From Felis catus (taxonomy: Eukaryota): 64,000 nucleotides of DNA. A program made the translations under genes and the position numbers. Location of the stretch: the NCBI RefSeq assembly GCF_018350175.1, contig NC_058368.1, forward strand, positions 21,764,001 through 21,828,000, in the 5' to 3' direction. The first letter of the stretch is position 1. Each line of letters starts with the position of its first letter. The notes beneath the pieces were generated by a model, which was not told where the DNA came from, made no database searches, and worked only from the letters and a program-made list of their open reading frames with translations. Positions 14,600-28,974 of this stretch are shown one piece after another.

Positions 14600-15960
14600 G
14601 GCGAGTTAAAGGGAGTGAAAGAAAGCAGGTATAACTAGAACAAAAATAAGGATGGGGAGCAGGATTACTAGGGGCATGGGAGAGGTGAAAGAGATAGGTA
14701 GGGGCCAGTCCCCACAGCTGGTAAGTCATTATAAGAGAAATGGGAAATCACTACTCATTATCGTTATTATTACACATTATCATTACAGAGTGATGACAGA
14801 AGAATCGTGTGTAATAATCATTGCCTAGTAAGGTAAGGACAGGAAACGTACTCGGGGTTAGTGATGTGTAGAGGTCACATTAGTGAGTGTGAAGCACTGA
14901 GGCAAGAGAGGCTCAACAACTTGGTCCATGAAGTGGATGGGATCAAGAGATACTCAGCAGCTAAAATAGACAGGAGTTGGTGATGCCTTAGATCTGGAGT
15001 TTGGGGAGCAGGAAGTGTCAAGGATGATTTCTAGATTTCTGAGTTGCAATAACTGATGAGTGGAAGTTAACACAAAATAGGGAACACTCAGACATAGCGA
15101 ACAGAGGGTGATGAGTTCAGTTTGGGTTATGTGGAGACATCTAAATGACTGTCAAGTAGGGCAATTGGAAATACTGGTCTGGAGCTTAGAGGAGAGAGCT
15201 AAGCTAGAGATTTGAACCCTCTGCCTGTTTGGGTGGTTATTAGTGCAGGGGGTGAGGATGAGACTGCCTGGGTCCAGCATTTGGAGGGAAAACAGGGCTC
15301 AGGGCAGTGCTGTGGAGTTAATGGGCATGTAGTGGAGGATGAGCTTGCAAAAGGAACAGAAGGTATGGATAGGGAGGTAAAAAGAAAATGCTGTGTGTTT
15401 CCTCAGAAAACGGAGGGAAAAGAGATTCTGGTGCCCACTGATGCTGTTGAGAAGTCAAGTAAAGCAAGGACAGGAAATGTCCGTTGGGTTAGTGATAAGG
15501 GAGGTCACCAGTCACCTTAGAGCTGGATCACTGAGGCAATGAGGGTGGAAACTAGGAAGGACTGAGGAGTGGAGACACAGTATGGAGACATTGATCAGGT
15601 TTTTATTTTGCTCTGAAGGGGAGGTCAGGGTCACTGAAGGATGAGTGGGGAAATTGGTAGGGGAAATCCAATTGAGAAAGTTGCTGAGTATACATGAGAA
15701 GAGTGATCGTCAGTTTTCTAAGTTACAAGAGAGAATCAAAAGCATAGGTGACAGGATGGACCATACTCTCTTCTTCAGTCAGCACTTACTTAATTGAGCA
15801 GCTATTATATCCCAGACTCTGACAGGTGCCAGGGATACCTGCAGTCAACAAGCCAGACACAGTCCCTGGCCGTGTGGAGCTTATACTTGAGTGGCAAGAG
15901 ACTAGCAATAAGTGTGTAAATAAATTAGATAATTTATCTGGTGTTAGCTGCTATATGAAA
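14600..15960. mobile_element. Degenerate L2 fragments
   Basis: L2-like motifs (GATGAGTTCAGTTTGGG, GGTCTGGAGCTTAGAGGAGAG, TTAATTGAGCAGCTATTAT). Confidence 0.55.
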
Positions 15961-16009
15961 TATTATACAAGGAATGACTAGGGGAGAAAGGTGCTCAGTG
16001 CCAGAAATC

Positions 16010-16530
16010 ATATTTTTAAATTGTGGTAAAATACACACAACATAAAATTTACCATCTTAACCATTTTTTTAATGTTTATTTTTGAGAAAGAGAGACAGAG
16101 TCTGAGTGGGGGAGGGGCAGAGACAGAGGGAGACTCAGAATCTGAAGCAGCCTCCAGGCTCTGAACCGTCAGCACAGAGCCCCATGCGGGGCTGGAACCC
16201 ACAAACCGCGAGATCGTGACCTGAGCCCAAGTCGGATGTTTAACTGACTGAGCCACCCGGGTGCCCCTACCATCTTAACCATTTTCAAGTGTACAGTTCA
16301 GCAGTGTTAAGTATATTCACATCTTTGTGCAACCATACTCCATAACTTTTTCATCTTGCAAAACTGAACTCTAGCCATTAAACAACTCCCCTTTTTCATT
16401 CTCCCCCAAGCCTCTGGCAACTTCTATTTTCTGTATCTAGCAATATGACTACTTTAGATACCAGATAGAAATGACATCATAACACTAGTCCTGTTTTTGT
16501 GACTGACTTATCTCACTGAGCATAATGTCC
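16010..16530 (-). mobile_element. Old L1 3' end interrupted by a CanSINE (~16063-16267, minus)
   Basis: L1M 3'UTR motif; the SINE is flanked by a duplicated TACCATCTTAACCATTTT. Confidence 0.8.
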
Positions 16531-17112
16531 TCTTTGAAAACAAGAATAATTTTTTAGCATAAGTACCCCAGTGATACTTTAAGTATTTAAACATTCTTTT
16601 TTTTTTTTTTTTTTTAATCTGAAACTCAAGTTTATCTGGTCATCCGTATTTTATCTGGCTATCCAAAAGTGAAAAGACAGGGTTGGTCAACAGGAGTTAC
16701 AGTCTTTTTAAACTCTGACACCTTTCTCCAGTGCTAAGTCTCTAAGTAACAGAGGCCTAAGGAAGGGAGAGGGGAGAAGGTTAAAAGCAAACAAGATGCT
16801 AGCAAAAGCAGAGAGAAAAGGTTAATGTGATCAGGACAAAGTGGCACTTCATTAGAGGAGGGCTATAATTGCCTTCTAAGAAGTCAGCGTGCAGGGTCAG
16901 AACACAAAGGCCTCAGATGCAGTCATGGGTTCTGGCTTCTGCTATCACTGAGAGTCCTTAGACAAGTTACTTTGTATGAGGCTATTTTCCTATTTGTTAA
17001 CTAGGAAAACATTGACCTCCTAGGATTGTAGTGACGTTAGATAAGATAATGTTAAAAGAATCTAGTGTCAAGCCAATATGACCTATTGCTCTTCTGCCCC
17101 ATACTTTTGCTG

Positions 17113-18100
17113 CTAAAGCTTCTGCACAGTGAAGGAAAAAATCAGCAAAACTAAAAGGCAACCGATGGAATGGGAGAAGATATTTACAAATGACATATCA
17201 GATAAAGGGTTAGTATCCAAAATCTATGGAGAACTTATCAAACTCAACACCCAAATAACAAATAATCCAGTGAAGAAATGGGCAAAAGGCATGAATAGGC
17301 ACTTTTCCAAAGAAGAAATCCAGATGGCCAACCAACCCATGAAAAAATGCTCAACATCACTCATCATCAGGGAAATACAAATCAAAACCACGAGATACCA
17401 CCTCACACCTGTCAGAATGGCTAACATTAACAACTCAGGCAACAGCAGATGTTGGCAAAGATGCAGAGAAAGATGATCTCTTTTGCATTGTTGGTGGGAA
17501 TGCAAGCTGGTGCAGCCACTCTGGAAAACAGTATGGAGGTTCTTCAAAAAATTAAAAATAGACCTACCCTATGACCCAGCAATTGCACTACTAGGTATTT
17601 ACCCAAGGGATACAGGTGTGCTGTTTCGAAGGGGCACATGCTCCCCAATGTTTATAGCAGTACTATCAACAATAGTATTTTCCAAAGTATGGAAAGAGCC
17701 CACATGTCCATCAATGGATGAACGGATAAAGAAGATGTGGTATATATACAATGAAGTATTACTCGACAATCAAAAAGAATGAAATCTTGCCATTTGCAAC
17801 TATGTGGAGGGAACTAGAGGGTAAGCGAAATTAGTCAGAGAAAGACAAATTTCATATGATTTCACTCACATGAGGACTTTAAGATACAAAACAGATGAAT
17901 ATAAGGGAATCAAAATTGGTGTAAAAACAGGGAGGGGACAAAACATAAGACAGTAAAATACAGAGAATAAACAGGGTTGCTGAAGGGGTTGTGGGAGAGG
18001 GGATGCGCTAAATGGGTAAGCGGCTTACAGAATCTACTCCTGAAACCATTATTGCACCATATGCTAACTAACTAGGATGTAAATTATAAAAAATAAATAA
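17113..18100 (+). mobile_element. 5'-truncated carnivore L1 (ORF2 C-terminus, 3'UTR, A-rich tail), ~0.5 kb upstream of the EBPL ATG
   Basis: [13 protein letters not shown]...YHLTPVRMA...[17 protein letters not shown]2 fragments with stops/frameshifts. Confidence 0.95.
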
Positions 18101-18419
18101 ATTAGAGAAAAAAATTAAAAATGCCTTGGAAGAGAGAAAAAAAAAATGGGGTCAGAATAAGCCACAACAGCTTTAAAAAGCCTGCTGGTGGCTGAAAATG
18201 CCCTTGGCCCTCACCTCTCCTGCAAGACTTGCAGGATCCTAATTAGACTCTTTCCTCCCTAAAATTCTTCCCAGTCTATGGGCAAAATTTCTAACATTTT
18301 GGACTTCACTTTGTTGCTTACGGTTTTGAACCTTGTGGAAAATCAAACCGCATCAGAAAATGTGGCTCTACTACCAGTCCCTTGGTGTTGGGCTGGGAAC
18401 AGGTTTGGTTCTGGCAGTT

Positions 18420-19000
<581 letters not shown>

Positions 19001-20322
19001 ATTAAAAACAAGCGAACAAAAAATCTCTGAAAATTATTTCTGTACTGTTATGTTAGTTTGATTGTAAGCAGCCCAAAGGCCTTGGCTTTCTTGACTTGTA
19101 ACCTGCACATCTGAACTGAAACTAATGGAGAGCGAGAGAGTTTTTGAATGCTCCAAAGAGAGCAAGGAGAGACGAGGAGGCGCACTGCGCAAAGTCCGCG
19201 AGCCTGTACCAAAACAAAAAAGCCCGGTGCCCTGAAAGTAATCACCATGTTTTGGGTAAGGACTGTATGCCAGGCACAGCGCTGTGTTTAATATTTCTGA
19301 TCTTTACAATACCCTGTAACTTATTTATTGACCCTATTTTACAGAGGAGAAAGCAAGCCCTGGGAAGTTAGGTGACTTCACCGTGCCACCCACCTTGAGT
19401 TCTGACTTGAGTCTGGCTCCAGAGCTTGCACCCTTTGTATCAAACCGGGCTTTGAGAATCGAGTCCCTCAAAATTCAAACCACTTTATAAATAGCGAGGA
19501 GGTTAGTATTTAAGGGAATTCTATTGAAATGCCCCCTTCCACTATGCACACACTTTTTTTTTTTAAGTTTTTTTTTTTTAATAACTATGCCAAAATAGCT
19601 TTTTTTGCAAATTTGACCTTGCTTAAATCTAGGCAGACCTGTGGTTGGTGTGAAACCAGAGTCTATAGTATTAAGAAAGGAGAAAGCAAGATCTTTCATA
19701 ATTATTTAGGTTTCTAAATGTTTATCAGTTGGATATGTGCACATACCAAATGTTACTGGAATGCGAAATTCTTTCTTTCCTAATAGTTTACAAGTGGAAA
19801 TAAGAGACGGCGAATAGTTCCTTCAACTCTTTTGTTTATGGAATTGACTTTTTAAGCTCTCGGACACAGGGTCTCCCAAAGAACAGGGGCAGCAAAACAG
19901 GTGGCTAGGCCCGCTTAAAGAAAATGTATTATAACATATTTTAGACGTACAAAAATGTATAATAATACTAAGACATATACCCATATATCCATCACCTAGT
20001 TTAATAAAATCAAGTCTGCCTTTCAAGCGCAGCCTTTTACAGGTAAAACCAGGTACATCTCCATTTGTGGCAACTTGAGGTATATGACCCGATGCATGGA
20101 GTCGTTGCTCTGGTGTCCTCCCACCCTCTGTCCTGAAGGAAATGTCCCTCCCACAGCTCTTATTATACCTGTCCCAACTGCAGAAGAGTCCACTGTATGA
20201 ATGCACCGTACCTTAGTTTTTTAAAAAGTGCATATTTTTCCCCCCATATTAGAATGACCAATGACATAAAACCACTGTGGGCTATTTTATTGATATTTTA
20301 TGTCTGTGAAATTGGGATGTAT

Positions 20323-20523
20323 CTTTTTTTTTTTAATGTTTATTTATTTTTGAGGGAGAGACAGAGTGAGGAGCAGAGAAAGAGGGAGACATAGAATTGG
20401 AAGCAGGCTCCAGGCTTTGAGCTGTCAGCATGGAACCTGACATGGGGCTCGAACTCATGAACTGTGAGATCATGACCTGAGCTGAAGTCAGACGCTTAAC
20501 CGACTGAGCCACCCAGGTGCCCC
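20323..20523 (-). mobile_element. CanSINE
   Basis: Reverse-complement SINEC; TSD AAATTGGGATGT. Confidence 0.9.
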
Positions 20524-22373
20524 AAAATTGGGATGTGTCTTATAATTCATGATGAAATACGATAATTGAACCAGCTCATATTAAGGGGTATGTTTCTATT
20601 TTGCAGTTTACACACAGTTCTTTGACTAGCATCTGTGTATACTTACCTTAGGGATCGGTGAGGGGGGGCACTTGGATTAAGGTTGAGGCCTGCAAGAAAA
20701 ACACATGCCCGTATTCTCTTTGGTAGGGAGTTTGCTGCACGAATACCGAGAAATGTGGCAGAGGCTAGGATTGGAAAATAGAGCCTCACGGAGAACTGAA
20801 ACTACAACTCACTTATTCACACTGGAACCTGAGCTGCCTCTTCTTACCCCTTTAACTTTCTCAGAGGGGAGGAAATGTTTGGATTTGTTGGACACCATCA
20901 AATGCAGAGCTCCCGGTTCAACAGTGTTTCAAGCTAAGCATTCCCAGAGGGCACTTCAGCTCCCCGATGTCCAACTGGACTGTGGTCACCAGGGGCTGCC
21001 GCACTGGTCTTCAGTTCAGTTGGTTATGGCCAGGCTGATTTCCCACCAGTGCACCTGGAAGGGGCCATGGCAACATACCTAAAGAAATCGGTGGTCTGGC
21101 TCACTGTTTCTCAGAGTTGGCCATGGGCGTGTTGTGCACTGGCGCCTCCTGGTTTTTCCCCCTCATCTGCAATCTAAGTATAGCATTCTAGGCATGGCCA
21201 GGGCACGGAGGAAGGATATGTATGCCTGTGTTTTGGGAAACACATCCTGATTGACTAGAACACAGGGTCTACCTGGGAAAGAAGTAAATTATCCTGATTG
21301 ATTCCCCCACGTGCCACAGGGCAACACAGTGAGGAGGGCCCGTTGGTACCTGCCCATGCAATGGGTGCATTACCGGTGAGGAACTGCACACTTAGGCTCC
21401 CATCTCATATGGAGTTGCTGGTGACCTGCTCCTACTTCTGTGCGGAGAGTGTTTATCTTTACTCAGAATGTAAACAGATCTCTGGGGAGGAAAGGCAGGG
21501 TCTTTATCTTTACCACCCTGGAACATCTTGGGAGGGAGAGGTCTCTCCAGGCTTTACTACCTTGGAGTGTCTCCTTATGTAAATATTCTTAAATTGGTGT
21601 AAATGCCTGTGCTCAGGGACCTCAGTCAGTGCAGGAATACGAGATATACATGGAGAATGCTCTCCCAGTGCAGTGCATGCTGGATTGCAAAGGATAGTTG
21701 AGGGGCAAGAAGATCAGCTAAAAACAATTGCAGTATTTTAGGAGATGAAAGAGGGCTGAGCTAAGGTGGTATTGGAAGTTAAAATGGGGAGGAGAGATAA
21801 ATACGAGAGACCTTCCAGGGGAGAATGTTATAGGTCACAGTGACCACTTATACATCAGGGAAGGAGATGATGTTGGAGTTTAGAATCTGGCTAACACGGA
21901 TAATGTTGACAAGGTTAACGAAGACAGGAAGATCAGATATTAGAACTATGAATCTGGGGTTCTGGTGTGTAGTTGAGGAGAAATGGTCAGAAGGCAGTTG
22001 AAAACCCAAGACAAGCTGGTGAGATGGATTCAGGGCAGAATGGAGAGAGTTGGACCTTTTTACTGCGTTGGAGGAGACAGCAGGAAGCTCTGGGAGTGAG
22101 TGATTTCTGAGGAGAGAATAGAAAGGTGCAAACGCGAGGAATGAGAGCAGAATCTTCAAGTGTCTAAAAATGTATATATATTGAACGAGTAGGAAGGGGA
22201 GACAGTGGGCCGGACCAGTGGACCAGACCAAGAACCAGGATAGTGCTGGGCCCTGGGACTCAAGGGAAGGAATTTCAACATCACTGTTATTTGTTGTAGC
22301 ACCATTTAAAAAAAAAAAAATGGTGAGGGCTGAGCCAGAGCCTCTGGGTCCAGTGATTAAGAAGCTATTGGTA

Positions 22374-22529
22374 GGGGGCACCTGGGTGGCTCAGTCGGTT
22401 AAGGGACTGACTCTCGGTTTCAGCATGGTCTCATGGTTCTTGAGTTCGGGCCCTGCATTGGGCTCTGTGCTGTTAACGCAGAGCCTGCTTGGGATCCTCT
22501 CTCTCCCTCTCTCTCTCTGCCCTTCCCCA

Positions 22530-22581
<52 letters not shown>

Positions 22582-22720
22582 AAAATAAATAAACTTGAAG
22601 AAGAAGAAACCATTTGTAGGGGCATCTGGCTGGCTCAGTTGGTGGAGCCTTTGACTTTTTGATTTTAGGTCATGAGTTCAAGTCCTGCATTGGGTGTAAA
22701 GTTTACTTAAAAAAAAAAAA
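22374..22720 (+). mobile_element. Two tandem CanSINEs, the first with a (CT)n expansion
   Basis: Two SINEC heads at ~22374 and ~22619. Confidence 0.85.
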
Positions 22721-23563
22721 AGTCATTGGTAAAAGTGGTATTGTTTGAGAAGCTAAAGACAAGGGCTTAGCAGGTAGGGTAGCAAAGACGTGGAGGCAGC
22801 CTATGAAGACCTCCAAGAGATTTGGTGGGAGGAGGAGGTGGGGGGTGTAGGTAGGGAGCTCAAGAGACATCAAGGGACCAGGCAGGAATCTTGGGTTCTG
22901 TCTGAGAGGGGAAGGTCTGGGAGCATCTGTGAGCAAGAACACGGTCGAGGGAAGAGTGAAGGGGCAGAGGAGTGGGCTGTGTAGCACATGCTGTCTGGTG
23001 CGGTGCCTGCCTGCGTGAATTAACGCACAGCAGAGCTGAACCTGCCTCAGTCTACCACATGTCCTCGCAACAAACCCGTCTGACTAGTTCCTCCCACACT
23101 TCTGTCACTGAGAGCCTGACCGAGGCTTGTCCATCAGGGTGAGGGGCAGTTGTCACGGAAAACCCTGGCTTCAGTTGTCTCCATTCATTCTACCTTAACC
23201 CCCATGAGTCGTTCTTTAACAAGTCCTGAGTCCCAGTGGCTGCTCAAGTCCCTATTAATTTGTGTATTTTGGACATTACCCTTTTCCATTTAGCATCACC
23301 ATCTGTTCCCACCTTCCACCACAATCACTTCAGCCTCCGACTCTTGGGATTCTAAAAATTTCTTCCTCCTCCTACTTGCTTTATCATTAGGTCTCAAGTT
23401 GCCTTTTAGCTCACAGTCTGTTACTGTCTCTGTTTTCCTTTTCCTCTTCGTTGGTTTTGCTCTAAGATAGATACCCTCTCTGGTGAATGCATTTATAGCC
23501 TCTGTGCCGTTTGGCAGATCTGGTGAGTCACGGTTGGTCTTGCTGTATATTAGTGGTAAAGCT

Positions 23564-24260
23564 TTGTGGTGGTTAATTTTCTGTGTCAACCTGGCTGAGC
23601 CGTGGCATGGCCAGTTATTCGCCCACGTGTTATCCTGAATGTTCTGCGAGCGTGTTTTGGATAAGATGAACATTTATGGGGCGCCTGGCTGGCTCAGTCA
23701 GTAGAGCATGTGACTCTTGATTTCAGGGTCGCGAGTTCAAGCCCTATGTTGGGTGTGGAGCCTACTTTAAAATAAATACATTAATTAAATTAAATGACAT
23801 TTAAATTGGTAGACTGAGCAAGGCAGGTTGCCCTCCCTAAATGTGAGTGGACCCCATCCGCTCAGCTGAAGGTCTGAATACAACAAAAAGGCTCACCTTC
23901 CGTAGAAGGAGCTAGAATGCCTCCTGGCTGACTGCCTTCGCACCGGTGCATTGGCCTTTTCCTCCTTCAGTCTCAAACTGACACAGTGGCTTTTCCTGGC
24001 TCTCAAGCCTGTATGTAGCCTTTGGACTAAAGCTACACTGTCAGTTCTCCTGGGTCTCAGGCCTCCGGCCTCAGACTAAAACTACATCATCAGCTTTCCT
24101 GCGTCTCCAGCTTGCACTCACCCTGTGGGTTATGGCACTTGTCAGCCTTCATAATCCTATAAACCACTTCCTCAGACTCAGTCTCTTCGTGTGTGTGTGT
24201 GTGTGTGTGTCTGTGTGTATGCCCATCCACTGTTCTGTGTCTTGGGAGAACCCTAACACA
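23564..24260. mobile_element. MLT2-like (ERVL) solo LTR with an inserted short SINE (~23677-23790) and a (GT)n tract
   Basis: TGTGGTGGTTAATTTTCTGTGTCAAC start and GAGAACCCTAACACA end. Confidence 0.8.
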
Positions 24261-24706
24261 AGCTTAGAAATGATGCCAAGTTGCAGGTCCAAAGAACAGC
24301 ACCCATAGTGACCTGCTGGCCTTTTTCAGGGTGTGGGTGCACGGCCCTTGCAGTTCTGCAGACCAGAACTCAGCTTGCTTTCTAACGTCATTGCATAAGA
24401 CGTGCCACCTCGCAATTGGGACAGATGTCTGTGTAGCCACAGCTCAGAATGAAATCCTATTCTGGTGCTCCTCATGTCCACAAGATTGGAGTCCACCTGG
24501 GTGCCCGGCGCTGTGCTGGACACAGAGAGAACGGATGGCCTGTGTCCATTCAGAACTTCGAGAGCAGCAGAGAATTTTTCCCTAGGTGTTTCATACGGAG
24601 AATAACAGTTATTGATGTCACTCTCAGCGTAACCCATGTGAGAAATTTCTTTTGCAGGTAGTGCTGGGAGAAGCTTAGTTTCTCCTTAAAAAATTGGTCT
24701 ATTGCT

Positions 24707-24925
24707 GGGGCGCCTGGGTGGCTCAGTCGGTTAAGCGTCTGACTTCGGCTCAGGTCACGATCTCACAGTTCGTGAGTTCGAGCCCCGCGTCGGGCTCTGT
24801 GCTGACAGCTCAAAGCCTGGAGCCTGCTTCACATTCCGTGTCTCCCTCTCTCTCTGCCCCTTCCCTGCTCATGCTGTGTCTCTCTCTGTCTCAAAAATAA
24901 ATAAACATTAAAAAATTTTTTTAAA
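24707..24925 (+). mobile_element. Young felid CanSINE (SINEC_Fc-like)
   Basis: CpGs intact; ~20-bp TSD TAAAAAATTGGTCTATTGCT. Confidence 0.93.
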
Positions 24926-25549
24926 AAATTGGTCTATTGCTTTCTCACAGCAAGAACAATGTTAATGTTTTTCCCCTTTCACTTGGCTGCTCGGAAGCTC
25001 AGAACCGCATTAAACTCTATAATAACAAAAGAAGGTCTACGTATGTATCTTCTTACTGGCCTCCTGATCTGGATTCTCAATTTGTTTTTTGTATTTTTTA
25101 TGACATATTTAAAAACTTTTAAGTACATTTTACCATTTAATTGAATGTCTTTTTGTAATTGACCTAAAATATAAGATGAAGTGTATAAATACTTCAAAAA
25201 ATTTTAATGCAGCGAAAATTGATTTCCTTTGAAATGGAAGAGATGTTCTAGGGAAATACCATGTTGATTTTTTTTTTTCCTTTTGTAACATGAAACACAG
25301 TTTGTAACTATTTGGTCTTCCTCTATCCCCAGTACCTGGCGTGGTGCCTGGTTTGTACCAGCCGTTCTGGAGAATTTGTTAATATTCAGTGAATGGAAGA
25401 ATGATTCTATCATTTTAATTTATAGTAGTTATCAGTCACATGTTAAGCCTCAAATAGCTCAAATATCTAAAAGGTTCGAATGTTTCTTCTGCGTCAGTCA
25501 GTCTTTTTAAAACAAAATTGGTGTAAATCGTTTTTTAAATTACTGTATT

Positions 25550-26115
25550 TTATTTTTATAAGGAGAGATAGAGAGTGCACACAAGAGTGATAAGGGAGAG
25601 AGAGAGAGAGAGGGAGGGAGAGAGAGAGAGAGAGAGGGAGAGAGAAAGAATTCCAGACAGGCTCCATGCCTAGCACGGAGCCCGACTCAGAGCTCAGTCC
25701 CACAAACCATGAGATTCATGACCTGAGCTGAAGTCAAGAGTCAGATACTTAACCAACTGAGCCACCCAGTGCCCATTTTTTAAAAATTTATTATTTTATT
25801 TTATTTTATTTTTAGAGAGAGAACGAGAGTGGTAGAGGGAACATTAGTTTAAATTGTGTATTCCCAGGGCGCCTGGGTGGCTCAGTTGGTTGAGCGTCCG
25901 ACTTCGGCTCAGGTCATGATCTCACGGTCCGTGGGTTCGAGCCCTGCGTCGGGCTCTGTGCTGACAGCTCAGAGCCTGGAGCCTGTTTCGGATTCTGTGT
26001 CTCCCTCTCTCTGACCCTCCCCTGTTCATGCGTTGTCTCTCTCTGTCTCAAAAATAAATAAACGTTAAAAAAAAATAAAAAAAATAAACTCCTGTTTAAA
26101 AAATAAAATAAAATA
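25550..26115. mobile_element. Head-to-head CanSINEs (~25550-25775 minus, ~25867-26115 plus)
   Basis: SINEC motifs; TSD TAAATTGTGTATTCC around the plus copy. Confidence 0.9.
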
Positions 26116-27960
26116 AATTGTGTATTCCTAGGATCATTGCAAAACATATAACATTTACATATCCAAAAGGAAGAAGGTAAAACTAGCCAGAGATAATTAC
26201 GGTTAGTATTCTTAAGAATAGTCTTCCAGAATTTATATGAAAATATATATCCAGATATGTGTTTTTCAGAGTTCTTTTTTATAAAAATGGGGTCATACTA
26301 ATCATTCTCTGTTGCTTTTTCACTTAACTGTGTTCAGTGACCATCCATATCACTATCTCTTGAACTGCCTCATAATTTTAAATAACTCCAGAGGACTATA
26401 TTGCATTTTATTATAATCTATTTAACCAATCCTTAATTGTGGGACTTAAGGCTCTTTTCAGTTGCCGGCAATTATATAGAAGGCACTCTGTGCATTTTTC
26501 TGAACTTGTATAATTGTTTACCCAGGGTAAATCCTGAAAGTAGGGTTGATGGGTCTAAAGGAAAAGAGTTTTTAAAAACTCCAGAAAGATAGTGACCATT
26601 TATATTCCCATCAGCAACTTTCTCACACCTGGGCCAGTGCTAGGTGTCATTATTGAATCAGATACCTCTTTTGCCCTGGCTCAAGTCAGTTCTTGGTCTC
26701 AGTTCACCCTCGACAAAATGTTCTGTCCAGCCACCACCATGGCAGCCAACTCTAACTTTGACTTCATTCGCCTCCCGGAGCAGGCAGCACCTGCTCTCGC
26801 CTCCTGCCCCAGGCCCCTTGGACGCAGCTGAAGTGTGAGATCCTTGAGACCCACTCACCTTCCACACACCTGCCATGGAATGAACCTTTGGCAGTGACAT
26901 TTGGGAGCCCCGGGATCAATTCTTCTTCCTCCCTTCCCCAGAGAAGGACTCCCCAGAGAAGCAGTAGTTCATACAGTCTCTGGAAAAATTCAACATTGAG
27001 ACAGCTAGCCTGTTACTGAGTGCTGCTACTAAGTTACTAAGCTCAGTAATGCTGCCTCAGACCTGGTTTGTCCTTCTCTTTTTCATTTCCCACCCCCCAC
27101 CTGCTTCCACCTTCCAGTCTCCCTGGGAGAACAATTCCCATAAAAGTAGTGGAATACAGTATAATGCTTTCCAGGGGACCAAAGCCAAGATATCCCTTCT
27201 CTCTTTTTTTTAAGTAATCTCTTCACCCTATGTGGGGCTCAAACTCACAGACCCATGATCAAGAGTTATGTGCTCTACTGACTAAGCCAGCCAGGTGCCC
27301 TGATATCCTTTTTCTTAACAGTTGTGTACTGTTCCTTAGCATGGATAATTGAACCGACTGTGCAACCTCAGGTTATGTCTAATTGCTTTTGCCACTAAAA
27401 CCAGCCAAAAATCTATAATAAATTCCTATAGCAGGTATCTTTACTTCTGTAGGATGTTTAATAGAACTGAAAACAATCAAAATAAATTGAATTGGCAAGC
27501 TCGCATCTTGTCCAGCGGTTGGAAATTCAACCTCAGTTAGTAGGGGTTTTCCTTTTTTTGTAGGGTCTCATGAGATCCCAGGAGACTTACGTGATTCCCA
27601 GAAAAAACGGAGTGTGTGACCTTTGGTCCATCCTGATCACAGCTGATACCCTCAGTGACGGAACCCCATGCTTTCTAGAAGGCCAGCAAGCCTGCTGTTC
27701 TGTGCCAGGCTTAAAATAAGAATTTGAGGCTTAGATCCATAGAGTCCACCTCCTAATAGCCTGTTTTTCTGTAGGGCTCATCTTTCCTTATTGATCTGAA
27801 AGGGATGTCACATGATAGTACAGATGATGTCACTCACATTTCCTTATGCATGCTCTTCTGTTTGGCCGAGAAGGTGTCTCAGCTGCGTTTGTTGACTAAT
27901 CCATCCTTTTCCCACGTATTATGCGTAGATAAATTGGGAGATTTTTAAAATGTGGTTACA

Positions 27961-28082
27961 GAGGCGACTGGGTGGCTCAGTTGGTTAAGCATCCGACTCT
28001 TGATTTCTGCTTAGATCATGATCCTAGGGTCATGGATCAAGCCCCATGTCAGGCTCCATGCTGAGTGTGGAGCCTGCTTAAG

Positions 28083-28128
<46 letters not shown>

Positions 28129-28195
28129 TCCCTCTCCCTCTCCCTCTCCCTCTCCCTCTCCCTCTCCCTCTCTCCCCCTCCCTCCCTCCCTCTGC

Positions 28196-28234
<39 letters not shown>

Positions 28235-28830
28235 AGATAAAAAAAATAAGAAGAAAATAAAAAATAAAATTTGGTTGTTTCATGAATCTTTTAGTTTCTG
28301 TTCTGTCCATACAGTTTCTATTACTTTAGCCTTATCCTGAATTGTATTTCTTTTTTTTTTTAAGTTTACTTATTTATAATCTTTATACCCAATGTGGGGC
28401 TCAAATTCACTACCCTGAGATCAGGAGTCCCATGCCCTACCAACTGCACTAACGAGGCACCCCAAAGGATAATCTCTTTTTTCCCTTTTTTTTATTGAAA
28501 AAAATTTTTTAGTGTTTTTCTTTATTTTTTAGAGAGAGAGAGACTGAGCGTGAGCAGGGGAGGGGCAGAGAGAGAGAGGGAGACACAGAATCCGAAGCTG
28601 GCTCCAGGCTCCAAGCTGTCAGCACAGAGCCATTAGCACAGAGCCCAATGCAGGGCTCAAACTCAGAAACCGCAAGATCATGACCTGAGCCAAAGTTGGA
28701 CACTTAACCGACTGAGCCACCCAGGCATCCCTTCTTATTTTTTTAAGTAGGCTTCATGCCCAATATGGGGCTCGAACTCATGACCCCAAGATCAGGAGGC
28801 ATACTCTGCCGAATGAGCCGGACAGGTGCC
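27961..28830. mobile_element. CanSINE cluster (one plus copy ~27961-28268, three minus copies ~28350-28830)
   Basis: SINEC heads and tails. Confidence 0.85.
28085..28230. repeat. Compound (CT)n/(CTCCCT)n microsatellite inside a SINE
   Basis: Directly visible. Confidence 0.95.
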
Positions 28831-28974
28831 TTCCTTATAGTGAACTTAAATATCTATCTGACAAAGCAAACTTCTTACCACTCATTTTTAAACACTTTAA
28901 AATGAATTCTTCCACATGAATTTCAGATGAATTTGCCAGGTTCTGAAACTTGGTATTTTGGCTTGGGATTTTCT

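Noticed and set aside
17129..17782. ORFs of 115 and 99 aa
   Set aside because: Broken L1 ORF2 C-terminus, not host genes.
17090..18160. Weak inverted similarity flanking the L1 (CTTCTGCCCCAT vs ATGGGGTCAGAA)
   Set aside because: Too short and imperfect to distinguish from chance.
24707..24790. tRNA-like A/B boxes here and at many other sites
   Set aside because: Heads of tRNA-derived CanSINEs followed by a CT tract and poly(A); not tRNA genes.
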